A stretch of 64,000 nt of DNA from an uncultured Chloroflexia bacterium (GCA_963813535.1 CAWEZH010000002.1:896001-960000); one strand, 5' to 3'. Positions 38,867 through 50,741 are shown, numbered from the stretch's first letter. Program-made: numbers and translations. The notes: a model not told the origin generated them from the letters alone.

Positions 38867-40204
38867 ATGATCAGATCCCTACAATTCCCCGCTCTCGCGC
38901 TCGCAGCCGCGTTGATCGCGGCAGCGTGCGGCGGTGGCGGTGGAACCGGCTCCCCTGCTGCGTCGGCACCGGCCGCCAGCGGCGGCGCCAGTGGCGGGCC
39001 CGTCACCAGTGGTTCAGCGGGCACGCTCAACGTGCTGTCCCTGTGGGGCGGCAGCGAGGAGGAGGCCTTCAAGGCCGTCCTGGCGGACTTCACCGAGAAG
39101 ACCGGCTGGGGCGTCAACTACGAAGCCGACCGCCAGACGTACTCGACGACCCTGCAGTCGCGTATCACCGGTGGGAACCCGCCGGACATCGCGATCATCC
39201 CGGGCATCGGCTTCCTGCGCCGCTTCGCCAAGGATGGCTCGCTCAAGAAGGTCGCCGACCTTGGCGTGGACACCTCGACGTTGACCGAAGACTACCCAGA
39301 GGGCTTCCTCGGGGCAGGTACGGTCGACGGCGAGCTGTACGCGCTGCCGGCGAAGTACAACAACAAGGGCACGATGTGGTTCCGGCCGGACGTCTTCACG
39401 GAGGCGAACGTCACCGCACCGTCGTCATGGGATGAGTACAAGGCAGCGCTCGAGAGCCTGAAGAGCAGCCCTGGCGCCATGGCACTCGGTGCCAAGGACG
39501 ACTGGAACCTGACCGACTGGTTCGAGAGCATCTACGTCCGGCAGTCGGGCGTCGAGGCCTACGACAAGCTGTTCAGCGCCGAAGGCGACTGGGCCGATCC
39601 GACCGTCCAGAAGACCGTCGACACCATGCTCGAGGTCATCAACGACACCTATGTCGTGGGTGGCATCGATGCGGCCGTCGGCCGCGCCTGGACCGACGCG
39701 ATCGCCCAGGTCTTCAAGCCGGAGCCCGAGGCGGCCACCTTCTACGAGGGCGGCTTCGTCGGCGGCATCGCCATGGGCCAGACGAACAAGGACCTCAAGC
39801 CCGGCGAGACGATCGACTGGTTCCCCTTCCCGACCTTCGGTGGCTCCGAGGACGTGACCACGTTCGGTGGCGACGTCATCGGTGCGCTGACGGACAGTGA
39901 GGGCGCCAAGGCGTTCATGAATTACATCATCACGCCCGAGGCGAACACCGTCTGGGCGAGCACCGGCGCCATCGTGTCTCCGCACAAGGGCGTCGGCACC
40001 AATTCCTACCCGAACGACCTCGTCGTCCGTGAGGCGGAGTCCCTGACTGCCGCCGACCAGATCCGCTACGACGGCTCGGACCTGCTGCCTGCCGGCATCC
40101 AGGGCGAGCAGATGGGCCAGCTGCTCCAGCGGGCCATCCGTGGCGACACCATCGATTGGGCCGACTTCCAGACGCGCGTGAAGGCCGCCTGGGACGCGGA
40201 GTGA
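38867..40204 (+). CDS. Carbohydrate ABC transporter substrate-binding lipoprotein (AglE-like)
   Basis: GAGGAGG RBS, lipobox AAAC, GGNPPDIAIIP, WNLTDWFE. Confidence 0.9.
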   Translation: MIRSLQFPALALAAALIAAACGGGGGTGSPAASAPAASGGASGGPVTSGSAGTLNVLSLWGGSEEEAFKAVLADFTEKTGWGVNYEADRQTYSTTLQSRITGGNPPDIAIIPGIGFLRRFAKDGSLKKVADLGVDTSTLTEDYPEGFLGAGTVDGELYALPAKYNNKGTMWFRPDVFTEANVTAPSSWDEYKAALESLKSSPGAMALGAKDDWNLTDWFESIYVRQSGVEAYDKLFSAEGDWADPTVQKTVDTMLEVINDTYVVGGIDAAVGRAWTDAIAQVFKPEPEAATFYEGGFVGGIAMGQTNKDLKPGETIDWFPFPTFGGSEDVTTFGGDVIGALTDSEGAKAFMNYIITPEANTVWASTGAIVSPHKGVGTNSYPNDLVVREAESLTAADQIRYDGSDLLPAGIQGEQMGQLLQRAIRGDTIDWADFQTRVKAAWDAE

Positions 40205-40234
40205 TCGAGAGGCTGCGCCTAGCCTGGTAGAACC

Positions 40235-40264
40235 GACACGGGCGGCCTTCGGGCCGCCCGTGTC
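40235..40264 (+). terminator. 13-bp perfect hairpin with UUCG loop after the SBP gene (mRNA stabiliser or attenuator)
   Basis: gacacgggcggcc-ttcg-ggccgcccgtgtc; no U-tract. Confidence 0.7.
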
Positions 40265-40287
40265 CTATCTCACGAGAGGAGGAGCAG

Positions 40288-41259
40288 ATGGCCGTCGTCG
40301 CGCCAGGCGGAGTGGACCCCGCGGCGATCCCGACCGCCACGAAGGCACCGCCCCCACCCGCCGCTCCGGGGCGCCGGTGGGATCGTACGGCCCTCCTGTT
40401 CCTCGGGCCGCCCGCCCTCCTGATGATCGTCTTCCTGATCTATCCGACGATCTACACGATCGCCTTGAGCTTCAACCGCGGGCGGCGCGGGGAGTTCAAC
40501 GAGTGGGTCGGACTGCAGCACTACACCGGCCTGCTGGCCGACAAGAGCTTCATCGACCTGAGCACGTTCCCGCCATCAGGGGCCATCTGGAACAACGTGC
40601 TGTGGGCGATCTTCTACACGACCTTCGTGATCTTCCTCGGCCTGATCGTCGCCGTGCTCGCCTCACGCGTCCGCTACGAATCGATCATCAAGGCCGTGGT
40701 GTTCCTGCCGATGGCGATCGCCGCGACGGCGCTCGCGATCATCTGGAACTTCGTGTACGCGCCGGACCCGAACATCGGGCTGCTGAACGCCATCCTCGAC
40801 CCCTTCACCGAGCGCGGCATCTCGTGGCTCGGTAACCCATCGCTGGTCAACGCGGCGCTGATCGCGGCCGGCACCTGGGGATCGGTCGGGTTCGCCACGG
40901 TCATCCTGTCGGCGGCCCTCAAGAGCATCCCCACCGAGGTGCTCGAGGCTGCCCGCACCGACGGGGCGAACGAACGGCAGATCTTCTTCCGGATCATCAT
41001 CCCGATGGTCAGCCTGCCGATCTCGGTGCTGGCCGTGACCCTGCTGGTCAACGTGATCAAGCTGTTCGACCTGATCTACGTGCTGACCAACGGCGGCCCG
41101 GGTGTCGCGAGCCGGGTGATCGCGTTCACGATGTACTACGAGTCGATCCCGGGCGGCCAGTTCGGCCGTGGAGCCGCGATCGCCGTGGTCATGCTGATCC
41201 TGTTGATCCCGATCATGGCCTACAACATCCGTCGCTTCCGCAGCTCGAGGGTCGTCTAG
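40288..41259 (+). CDS. Carbohydrate ABC transporter permease 1
   Basis: EAARTDGA motif, IKLFDLIYVLTNGGPG. Confidence 0.93.
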   Translation: MAVVAPGGVDPAAIPTATKAPPPPAAPGRRWDRTALLFLGPPALLMIVFLIYPTIYTIALSFNRGRRGEFNEWVGLQHYTGLLADKSFIDLSTFPPSGAIWNNVLWAIFYTTFVIFLGLIVAVLASRVRYESIIKAVVFLPMAIAATALAIIWNFVYAPDPNIGLLNAILDPFTERGISWLGNPSLVNAALIAAGTWGSVGFATVILSAALKSIPTEVLEAARTDGANERQIFFRIIIPMVSLPISVLAVTLLVNVIKLFDLIYVLTNGGPGVASRVIAFTMYYESIPGGQFGRGAAIAVVMLILLIPIMAYNIRRFRSSRVV

Positions 41260-42147
41260 ATGGATGCCGTCGCCGAGACCCGCCCCGTCGAAAAAGCGCT
41301 GACGACGAACCAGCGGATCCTTCAATTCCTCAACAAGACCCCGATCCACATCGCCCTCGGCGTCATCGCGCTCATCTGGCTGGCGCCGACCATCGGACTG
41401 CTCGTCACGTCGTTCCGACCCAGGAGCGACATCCAGGTGACCGGTTGGTGGGAGAGCTTCACCCAGTTCCGCTACACGCTCGAGAACTACCAGGAGGTGC
41501 TGACCTCGCAGGGCATGCTCGAGGCGTTCGTCAACACCATGTTGATCGCCGTCCCGTCGACGCTCATCCCGCTGGTGCTGGCGTCGATGGCGGCCTACGC
41601 GTTCTCGTGGCTGAACTTCCCGTTCCGCGACGGGCTGTTCCTCCTGGTCGTGGCGTTGCTGATGATCCCCGTGCAGGTCGCGTTCATCCCGCTGCTCAAG
41701 CTGTTCGCGCCGACGGGCCTGCTCAACGGCTATGGCGCGATCTGGCTGGCGCACACGGCATTCGCGCTGCCATTCGGGATCTTTCTGCTGCGCAACTTCT
41801 TCATCACGCTCCCACGTGACCTGATCGAGGCGGCGCGCATCGACGGTTCCTCGACGATCGGCGTCTTCCGGACGATCGTCGTGCCCCTGTCCGTGCCGGC
41901 CATCGCCGCGTACGGGATCTTCCAGTTCCTATGGGTCTGGAACGACCTGCTCATGGCGCTGGTCTTCGTCCAGCGCGGCGACATGTGGCCGATGACCAAG
42001 GCCATCCAGAACCTGCTCAGCCAGTACGGGACGGAGTGGCACCTGCTCGCGGCAGGCGCGTTCATCCTGATGTTCGTGCCCTTGCTGGTGTTCTTCAGCC
42101 TGCAGCGGTACTTCGTGCAGGGCCTGCTCGCGGGCTCCGTCAAGTAG
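41260..42147 (+). CDS. Carbohydrate ABC transporter permease 2
   Basis: EAARIDG, FLWVWNDLL, QRYFVQGLLAGSVK. Confidence 0.93.
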   Translation: MDAVAETRPVEKALTTNQRILQFLNKTPIHIALGVIALIWLAPTIGLLVTSFRPRSDIQVTGWWESFTQFRYTLENYQEVLTSQGMLEAFVNTMLIAVPSTLIPLVLASMAAYAFSWLNFPFRDGLFLLVVALLMIPVQVAFIPLLKLFAPTGLLNGYGAIWLAHTAFALPFGIFLLRNFFITLPRDLIEAARIDGSSTIGVFRTIVVPLSVPAIAAYGIFQFLWVWNDLLMALVFVQRGDMWPMTKAIQNLLSQYGTEWHLLAAGAFILMFVPLLVFFSLQRYFVQGLLAGSVK

Positions 42148-43004
42148 GGACCACGCCGGTTCGCGTCGCGACCTGGAACATCCGGGCCGCGATCGGACCG
42201 GGCGAGCCGTTCCCACCGGCGTGGTGGCGACACACCTCGAGCGAGCGGCTCGAGCGGATCGGACGGATCATCCGCAAGCTCGAGGCGGACATCGTGGCGC
42301 TCCAGGAGGTTGCCTTCTTCGACGTCGATGGTGCCGTCGTCGACCAGCCGCTCGAGCTCGCCCGGCTCACCGATCGCGAGGTCCGCTACGGTGCCGTCCA
42401 TGCCTTCGCGCTGGTCGACCCCGAGACGGAGCGGGCGATCGGTAGCGCGACGTGGGGCAATGCCCTGCTGACACGCGCTCCGGTGCGCGACGGCTTCACG
42501 CTCGGCCTGCCCGTCGGTGGCGACGAGGACCTGGTCGAACCCGTGGGTACCGACCTGCCGCTGGCGGGGGTCCGCTTTGCCGACGCGCCGTATGGCACGC
42601 GGGAGCCGCGTTGCGCCGTCGGCGGCACGGTCGGGCCCGCTGGCGGCGAGGTCGCGGTCGTCTCGACCCACCTGGCCTATGCCGGCAGTGGACAGCGAGC
42701 GGCTCAGGCCGCGGCGATCGCCGCCGCGGCCGGGGACCTGGGCGATCCGACGGTCATCCTGGGCGACTTCAACGCGCCGATCGACGCTCCGGAACTGGAG
42801 CCGCTCGGGATGGCGTTCGTGGACGCGTTCGGCGCGATCGGCGTGCCGCCGGGCGATCCGGCCCGCCAGTCGTGCGGTCCCTGGCCCATCGACCACATCT
42901 TCGTGCGTGGCTTCACGGTCGAGGACTGCCAGGTCGTCCGCGCCGCCGGCGACGCGTCGGATCACCTGCCGGTCGTCGCGACCTTACGAGCCGAGGTCGG
43001 CTAG
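42144..43004 (+). CDS. Endonuclease/exonuclease/phosphatase family protein; start codon unclear
   Basis: VATWNI, DIVALQEV, GNALL, STHL, ILGDFN, IDHIF, SDHLPV. Confidence 0.85.
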   Translation, partial: VGTTPVRVATWNIRAAIGPGEPFPPAWWRHTSSERLERIGRIIRKLEADIVALQEVAFFDVDGAVVDQPLELARLTDREVRYGAVHAFALVDPETERAIGSATWGNALLTRAPVRDGFTLGLPVGGDEDLVEPVGTDLPLAGVRFADAPYGTREPRCAVGGTVGPAGGEVAVVSTHLAYAGSGQRAAQAAAIAAAAGDLGDPTVILGDFNAPIDAPELEPLGMAFVDAFGAIGVPPGDPARQSCGPWPIDHIFVRGFTVEDCQVVRAAGDASDHLPVVATLRAEVG

Positions 43005-45719
43005 CCGGTCCTCGATACGTGCGACCTGATCCGCGAGCTCGGCCTCCCGGGCACGGGCACCCTCGACGACGTTCGCGGGTGCCTTGCTGGTGAAAGCCTC
43101 GTTCGCGAGACGCTGACGAGCGCCGTCCAGCCAGCCGCGCGCCTCGGCGAGGTCGCGCTCGAGCCGTGCACGCTCGGTTTCGCGGCCCGAGCCATCGGCC
43201 GCGTCCGCACCGCGATGGGCGAGCGCCTCGAGCTCGCCGGCGATGACGGTCAACGCCCCGTCGGTCGGCCCGCTCCCCTGGCCCAGGGCCTCGCGCGACA
43301 GCCGTCGGTCCAGCGGACGAGCGCGGGCCAGTCGTTCGACCGCCGGCCGCAGCGCCTCGAACGTCGGACCCATCGCCGGCGGCACCACGACCTCAGTCGG
43401 CAGCCAGGTGGCGGCCTCGACGCGCGATTCGGCGCGGGCGTTGCGCAGGCCACGGACGAGGTCGAGGATGGCGCCGACCTCCGCCTCGGTCCGCTCGTCG
43501 CGACCCGTCGGAGCGGGCCAGCGGGCGACGATCAGCAGCTCCGGGTCGCTGGCGCGATGCGGCAGGGCCTCCCACAGCGCCTCGGTGACGAACGGCATCA
43601 CCGGATGGAGCAGCCGCAGGTATGTGTCGAGCGCCTCGACCAGCGCCCACCAGCTGGCCTCGCGGGTCTCGACCGACAGCGACTCGTCGGCCAGTCGGAC
43701 CTTGACGAGCTCGACGCCCCAGTCGCAGAACTCGTTCCAGATCGCGTCATACAGGACCCGGGTCACTTCGCCGAAGGCGAAGTCGGCCATGGCCTCATCC
43801 ACGGCCTCGACCGTGGCGCTCGCCCGTGACAGGATCCAGCGCTCGGCCGGGCCGAGGTCGCCAGCCGTCGGCAGGCGCCGCTCCGCGCCGGCATCGATGG
43901 ACGCCGGTCGGGCGCCGACCACGAACCGCGTGGCGTTCCACAGCTTGTTCGCGAAGTTGCGAGCGTTCTCGAGCTTGGTCCGCCCGAAGCGCTGGTCCTG
44001 GCCGGCGGCAGTGCCATGGATCACCGCGAAACGGAGCGCGTCAGCCCCGGTCTCGTCGATCACGCCGAGCGGGTCGACGACGTTGCCCTTCGTCTTCGAC
44101 ATCTTCTGGCCTTCGGGGTCGCGGATCAGCCCCGAGAGGTAGATCGTGTGGAACGGCTCACGATCGGTGAGGTGGAGCCCGAGCATCATCATCCGGGCGA
44201 CCCAGAAGAAGATGATGTCGTAGCCGGTCTCCATGACCGACGTCGGGTAGTACGTCCGATAGTCGGCCGTGTCGTCGGGCCAGCCGAGCGTGGAGAACGG
44301 CCACAGCCCCGAGCTGAACCACGTATCGAAGATGTCGGGATCCTGCGTAAGCTCGCCGGCCGGTCGACCGCAGGTCTCGCAGGCCGCAGGCCCGTCGGGC
44401 TCCGAGGAGACCGTCACATGGCCGTCCGGGCAGTACCACGCCGGGATCCGATGCCCCCACCACAGCTGGCGCGAGACGTTCCAGTCGCGGATCGACGTCA
44501 GCCAGTGCTCCCACGTCTTGTCGAACCGTTCGGGCAGGATGCGCGTCCGACCCGACCGGGTGGCCTCGAGTGCCCGCTCGGCCAATGGCCCCGTCCGGAT
44601 GAACCACTGCGTCTTGAGCCGTGGCTCGAGCACGTCGTTGCTGCGCTGGCAGCGCCCGACGATCATCTCGTGCGGCTTCTGGTCGACCAGGTCGCCGCGG
44701 GCCGCGAGCTCGGCCACGATCAGGTCGCGGGCCTCGTAGCGGTCGAGCCCGTCGAACCTCGTCCCTGTATTCGCGATCGTCGCGTCATCGGCCAGGACCG
44801 TCGGTGCCGGTAACCCGTGCCGCTTGCCCGTCGCGTGGTCCTCCGGGTCGTGCGCCGGGGTGATCTTCACGGCACCGGTCCCGAACGACCGCTCGACCAC
44901 GTCGTCCGCGATGATCGGCACGTCGCGCTCGACGAACGGGATCCTCGCCCGTCGCCCGACCAGGGCGCGATAGCGGTCATCGTCGGGATGGACAGCGACC
45001 GCGACGTCACCGAGGATCGTCTCCGGCCGTGTCGTGGCGACGGCGATGGTCGCGTCGGGATCGGGCTCGCCCGTCGCGTCGTCGATCAGGTGGTACCGCA
45101 CGGACCACAACGTGCCCGTCTCCGGCGTCGGGACGACCTCCAGGTCGCTGACGCTCGTGCGGCACCCGGGACACCAGTTCACCAGCGCCTCGGTGCGATA
45201 CGCGAGGTCGTCGCGATACAACCGCTCGAACGCGACGCGCACCGCCCGAGCGGATCCCTCGTCCATCGTGTAGCGCAGGCGGCCCCAGTCGGCCGAGGCG
45301 CCGACCCGCCGCTGCTGGGCCAGCATGACCGGCCTCGTCGAGTCGGAGAACGCGCGCATCCGCTCGAGATATCGCTCGCGACCGAGCGACTGGCGACTCT
45401 CGCCTTCCTTGGCCAGGATCCCGTCGAGGACGAACTGGGCGGCGATGCTCGCGTGGTCGAGGCCCGGCAGGAACAGCGTCCGATGGCCGCGCATCCGAGC
45501 GTGGCGGACGAGCAGGTCCTCGACGGCGGTCCGCTGGGCGTGCCCGAGATGCAGCGAGCCCGTCACATTGGGGGGCGGCTGGATGATCGTGAACGGCGGG
45601 AGGTCAGGATCGGCCGTCGAGCCGGCGCCATCCGGCGCGAAGACGTCCGCCGCCACCCAGCGCTCGTAGATGGCGCCCTCGACGTCACGCGGGGTATAGG
45701 CCTTCGGCAGATCCGTCAT
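42984..45719 (-). CDS. valS: Valine-tRNA ligase
   Basis: PPPNVTGSLHLGH, DWNVSRQLWWGHRIP, KMSKT, C-terminal coiled coil. Confidence 0.97.
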   Translation of the reverse strand: MTDLPKAYTPRDVEGAIYERWVAADVFAPDGAGSTADPDLPPFTIIQPPPNVTGSLHLGHAQRTAVEDLLVRHARMRGHRTLFLPGLDHASIAAQFVLDGILAKEGESRQSLGRERYLERMRAFSDSTRPVMLAQQRRVGASADWGRLRYTMDEGSARAVRVAFERLYRDDLAYRTEALVNWCPGCRTSVSDLEVVPTPETGTLWSVRYHLIDDATGEPDPDATIAVATTRPETILGDVAVAVHPDDDRYRALVGRRARIPFVERDVPIIADDVVERSFGTGAVKITPAHDPEDHATGKRHGLPAPTVLADDATIANTGTRFDGLDRYEARDLIVAELAARGDLVDQKPHEMIVGRCQRSNDVLEPRLKTQWFIRTGPLAERALEATRSGRTRILPERFDKTWEHWLTSIRDWNVSRQLWWGHRIPAWYCPDGHVTVSSEPDGPAACETCGRPAGELTQDPDIFDTWFSSGLWPFSTLGWPDDTADYRTYYPTSVMETGYDIIFFWVARMMMLGLHLTDREPFHTIYLSGLIRDPEGQKMSKTKGNVVDPLGVIDETGADALRFAVIHGTAAGQDQRFGRTKLENARNFANKLWNATRFVVGARPASIDAGAERRLPTAGDLGPAERWILSRASATVEAVDEAMADFAFGEVTRVLYDAIWNEFCDWGVELVKVRLADESLSVETREASWWALVEALDTYLRLLHPVMPFVTEALWEALPHRASDPELLIVARWPAPTGRDERTEAEVGAILDLVRGLRNARAESRVEAATWLPTEVVVPPAMGPTFEALRPAVERLARARPLDRRLSREALGQGSGPTDGALTVIAGELEALAHRGADAADGSGRETERARLERDLAEARGWLDGARQRLANEAFTSKAPANVVEGARAREAELADQVARIEDRLADLGS

Positions 45720-45783
45720 CGGCTCGTGGAGAGTCCTGGAACCGAGCCGCAGGTCGCGATCGTCCGAACGAGGATCGAGCGGA

Positions 45784-47094
<1,311 letters not shown>

Positions 47095-47113
47095 GAGTTG
47101 TTGTCCTTGCTCC

Positions 47114-47806
47114 TTATCCCGCCGGATCGCTCTTGGAGCGCTTCGGCTGCGGTGCCTCTTCGGCGTCGCCCGCTTCGACGGCCGCCTCTGCGGCCTTCTC
47201 GTCGTGATGCTGGGCGGTCAGTGAATCCCACTGCTCCGAGTACACCGCGTCGATGATGCCATAGTCTTTCGCGTTCTCGGGAGCCATGAAGAAGTCCCGA
47301 TTGGTGTCCTCGCGCACCTTGTCGACGGGCTGGCCGCTGTGGCGGGCCAGGATCTCGATGTTGCGGTTGACCAGGAATTCCCATTCCTTCATCTGGATCA
47401 TGGCGTCCGGAGCGTTGCCGCGGAACCCGCCGGAACCCTGGTGGATCATGATCCGGCTGTTCGGCAGTGCGTACCTCTTGCCCTTGGTGCCTGCCGCCAG
47501 CAGGACCGCCGCCATCGATGCCGCCATCCCGAGGCAGATCGTGCTGACGGGTGCGCGAAGGTACTGCATCGTGTCGTAGATGGCCAGCCCCGAGTTCACG
47601 ACGCCGCCCGGCGAATTGATGTAGAGGCTGATGTCCTTCTCCGGGTCTTCCGAATCGAGGAACAGCAGCTGAGCGATGACGAGGTTGGCCAGGTGGTCCT
47701 CGATCGCGTCGCCGAGGAAGATGATCCGTTCTCGGAGCAGGCGTGAGTAGATGTCGTAGGCGCGTTCCCCTCGGCTGGAGGACTCGATGACCATCGGGAC
47801 GAGCAT
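47114..47806 (-). CDS. clpP: ATP-dependent Clp protease proteolytic subunit
   Basis: [36 protein letters not shown]. Confidence 0.98.
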   Translation of the reverse strand: MLVPMVIESSSRGERAYDIYSRLLRERIIFLGDAIEDHLANLVIAQLLFLDSEDPEKDISLYINSPGGVVNSGLAIYDTMQYLRAPVSTICLGMAASMAAVLLAAGTKGKRYALPNSRIMIHQGSGGFRGNAPDAMIQMKEWEFLVNRNIEILARHSGQPVDKVREDTNRDFFMAPENAKDYGIIDAVYSEQWDSLTAQHHDEKAAEAAVEAGDAEEAPQPKRSKSDPAG

Positions 47807-47880
47807 GTGGCGGCTCCTGGAGATGCTTTGCGGCGGGGTGTGGTGGTGACGTGGGTAGCGGTGGTCGCTCGGCTGGCTGT

Positions 47881-49359
47881 TCAGGTCGCGGCGGCCGGCT
47901 CGTCGACCGCCTCGTCGACGTCGTCGACCGTCTCGTCGGCAGTGGCTCGGTCGCCGTCCTCGATGACGGTACCCGGGTCGGTCGCCCCGATCGAGGCATT
48001 CGCCTGGGCGCCCTCACCGGCCATGGCCGCGCCGACGGCATCCTCGAGATGGATGAGCGGTGGGTGCTCGGGGTGGGCGGCGAGCCATCCGTCGATCAGG
48101 CCCTCGACCACGCGACTCCGGCGGAGCGTGCTCCGGATGAAGGACCGGCCGCGGTCGGATTCGAAGTACGAGGCGAGCCGACTGTCACTGGCGTAGCGCT
48201 GGCGACCCTGCGCGACCTCGGCATCGACGTCGGCCTCGGAGACATCGACCCCTTCGGCATCCGCGACCTTCGAGAGCACGAGCAGGGTCTTGGCTCGCTT
48301 CTCCGCATTCGGACGGAAGTCGGCGTGGAGGTCCTCGCTCGTCTTCTCGACCGCCTTGAGGTAGGCCTCCTCGCCGATGCCCTGTCGCGCGAGCGAGCCC
48401 TTGAACTCGTCGTGCATGACTTCGACCTCCTGGTCGACGAGCACTTCGGGCAACTCGACGGTGGCATTCGCGACTGCGTATTCGATGATCTTGTCGGCGA
48501 ACTCGTGCCGGGCGCGGTCGGTGGCATTGGCCTCGAGCCGCGACCGGATGTCCGTCCGCAGGGCGTCGATCGACGCGAAGTCGCCGAGGCTCGCGACGAA
48601 ATCATCGTCGAGGTCGGGCTGGATCTTCTCGCGCAGCTCCTTGAGCTCGACACTGAAATGGGCCGGCTGGCCGGCCATCGACGTCTCCGGGTAGTCCTCC
48701 GGGAACGTGACGTCGAACTCCTTCGTGTCGCCGACCTTGAGACCGATCAGGTTCGACTCGAAGCCAGGGATGAGGCGCTCCTGCCCGAGGATGAGCGGCA
48801 TCCGCTCGGACGTCCCGCCGTCGAACGGCTGGCCGTCCTTGGTGCCCACGTACGAGATGACCGCGTAATCGCCATCCTTGGCACCGCGATCCTCGACTGC
48901 GGCGAGCGTGGCGTTCTGGTCGCGCAGCTCCTCGATGACCTGGTCGATCCGCGCGTCATCGATGGTCTCGATCTCGGGCGCGAAGTTGAAGTCCTTGTAG
49001 TCGCCGAGCGTCACCTCCGGGCGGACCGGGACCGTAGCCTTGAAGATAAGCGGCTTGCCTTCCTCGGCCTGGACGACCTGCACGTCGGCGTTCGACAAGG
49101 GGAGGATGTCCTCCTTGACGAGTGCCTCGCGATAGGCGTCCTGCATCAGGTGGTCGACGGCTTCATCGAGCACGACGCCCGGACCGAGGTGCCGCTCGAG
49201 GACGGGTCGCGGCGCCTTGCCGGGGCGGAAACCGGGGATCCGGCTGCGCCGAGCGAGGGCGCGGACGGCGGCATCGACCGCACGATCGAGCCGCTCGGGT
49301 GGCAGCTCGATCTGGAGCTCGACGGTCGACTTGGGAGCGGTCGAACGAGTGATCTGCAT
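47881..49359 (-). CDS. tig: Trigger factor
   Basis: [14 protein letters not shown]-like LIPGFE..FPEDY. Confidence 0.97.
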   Translation of the reverse strand: MQITRSTAPKSTVELQIELPPERLDRAVDAAVRALARRSRIPGFRPGKAPRPVLERHLGPGVVLDEAVDHLMQDAYREALVKEDILPLSNADVQVVQAEEGKPLIFKATVPVRPEVTLGDYKDFNFAPEIETIDDARIDQVIEELRDQNATLAAVEDRGAKDGDYAVISYVGTKDGQPFDGGTSERMPLILGQERLIPGFESNLIGLKVGDTKEFDVTFPEDYPETSMAGQPAHFSVELKELREKIQPDLDDDFVASLGDFASIDALRTDIRSRLEANATDRARHEFADKIIEYAVANATVELPEVLVDQEVEVMHDEFKGSLARQGIGEEAYLKAVEKTSEDLHADFRPNAEKRAKTLLVLSKVADAEGVDVSEADVDAEVAQGRQRYASDSRLASYFESDRGRSFIRSTLRRSRVVEGLIDGWLAAHPEHPPLIHLEDAVGAAMAGEGAQANASIGATDPGTVIEDGDRATADETVDDVDEAVDEPAAAT

Positions 49360-49527
49360 CGAACGGGAAGTATAGGGCGGCCCTTCGGGACGGGCCGGGG
49401 GGCGGGCGTGGGGCCGCGCCGGACCGGGCCGCGGTTCCGAGCCGGGCCGGGCCACCGTGCCGAGCCGCGCAGTCCATCCGGGCCAGGCCGGACCGCCCAC
49501 CCCGTCCGCGCGAGCCCACCCCGTACG

Positions 49528-49856
49528 CGTTTGGAAAATGACGTGTTGTGTCCGACCGGCGAACCGGCGGAAAACACGTCTTGGCCGGCGTTTGGAACAT
49601 GCCGTGTTACAGATGGCGGCTGAAAGGGCTTCTCAGCCGACGCTCGTAACACGTGATGTTCCATGACGAGGCTCGTTGCCCTGACGAGGCCGACTCGCTG
49701 GGTCCGCATCTGGAACATCCCCATGTTCCGATCAACCGGCGAAGCACCGTGGAAGGCACCAGATCGGCCTCTGGAGTGCCGTTCGGAACCTCCTGGGTGT
49801 TCCAAACGACGGATGAGCCGCCGTTCGCCGGTCAGTCGGAACATCAGGAGGTTCCG
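49528..49856. repeat. Cluster of about 6 degenerate palindromic REP-like units in mixed orientation
   Basis: Consensus GGAACAT-N3-5-RTGTTCCGA-N3-ACCGGCGAA at 49533+, 49594+, 49662-, 49712+, 49785, 49855-. Confidence 0.7.
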
Positions 49857-49907
49857 TGGGCCGGCCGATGGCCGTGGCCCGGATCGTGGCACGCAGCCCT
49901 GAGATGG

Positions 49908-49995
49908 TGGTAGGCGAGAGAGGGGTCGAACCTCTACGCCGCTCACGCGGCACCGGCTCCTAAGGCCGGCGCGTCTGCCATTCCGCCACTCGCCC
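49908..49995 (-). tRNA. tRNA-Leu(TAG)
   Basis: Acceptor GGGCGAG/CTCGCCT, anticodon arm ccggc-ctTAGga-gccgg, long variable arm, GGTTCGA T-loop, A73 + encoded CCA. Confidence 0.97.
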
Positions 49996-50060
49996 GTGCC
50001 GAGAGTCTAGCGGAGGGCGGCCGCGACTCACCGGTGGCACCGCGCCCCGGCTCGGGTTCC

Positions 50061-50741
50061 TCAGACCCCCGTCGGCGCGTCCTTGCCCTTGGCCGGATCC
50101 GCGCCCCTCGCAGTTCCCGCGTCTCCCGCCCGATCGACCTGCCCCGTCTCCGGACTGGCAGCTCGCTCGGCGGCGATCCGTGCCTCGTCGACGCGTGCCG
50201 CGGCGCGCAGCTTGGTTTCCTCGGCTTTCATGCCGGCGGTCGCACGCATCTCCTCGAGCCACGTGCTGTAGCCCTTCTGGCTCGGCGACGCGAGGTACTC
50301 GCCGACGCGACGCGCGACGAGCGTGAGCATCGGGCGGGCCAATCCGACGACCAGGATCGGGAGCAGGTTGGCTCCGCGCTTCTTCTCGGCCTTCTTCACG
50401 TAGTCGGCGAAATCGCGCTCGAGCGTGCCGCGAACGCGCTCGCCGTCGTCACCCATCCGGCGAAGCGTCTTCTCGATCTCGTCGGGAAGCATGCTCTTGG
50501 GCATGGGCTTCCTGCGTCCGAACAGCGTCCTCCTAACGGCGGACCACAGCCGCTGCGGCCCGCGCAAGACCACGAACCCGACGGCTCCGGCCGCGGCCGC
50601 GACCTTGACGGGGCTCTGGCGCACCTTGGCCGGGATGTCGACCGCCGCGCGCGCCGACGCTCCGAGGCCCGTCAGGTCCTCCTGGAGGGCCGCGCGCGCC
50701 GCTAGGACGAGTTCCCGGGCGGCATCTTGCTCTGCAGCCAC
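50061..50741 (-). CDS. Hypothetical protein (DUF3618-like partner of the holin-like gene)
   Basis: AAGGAG RBS and GTG 50741; ARELVLAARAALQEDL..AVDIPAKVRQSP. Confidence 0.7.
   Translation of the reverse strand: MAAEQDAARELVLAARAALQEDLTGLGASARAAVDIPAKVRQSPVKVAAAAGAVGFVVLRGPQRLWSAVRRTLFGRRKPMPKSMLPDEIEKTLRRMGDDGERVRGTLERDFADYVKKAEKKRGANLLPILVVGLARPMLTLVARRVGEYLASPSQKGYSTWLEEMRATAGMKAEETKLRAAARVDEARIAAERAASPETGQVDRAGDAGTARGADPAKGKDAPTGV

Noticed and set aside
49390-49500. GC-rich pentamer-like run (ccggg/gccgg)
   Set aside because: Low-complexity sequence without a defined unit
49528-49856. Possible CRISPR array or protein-coding ORF (49146-49946)
   Set aside because: Repeats are degenerate, inverted and irregularly spaced, with no cas genes; the ORF has no coding signature
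49905-49995. tRNA ends in CCACCA with a G1-U72 pair; possible integration site or decay tag
   Set aside because: No integrase or duplicated tRNA 3' end is seen; an encoded extra CCA would normally be trimmed
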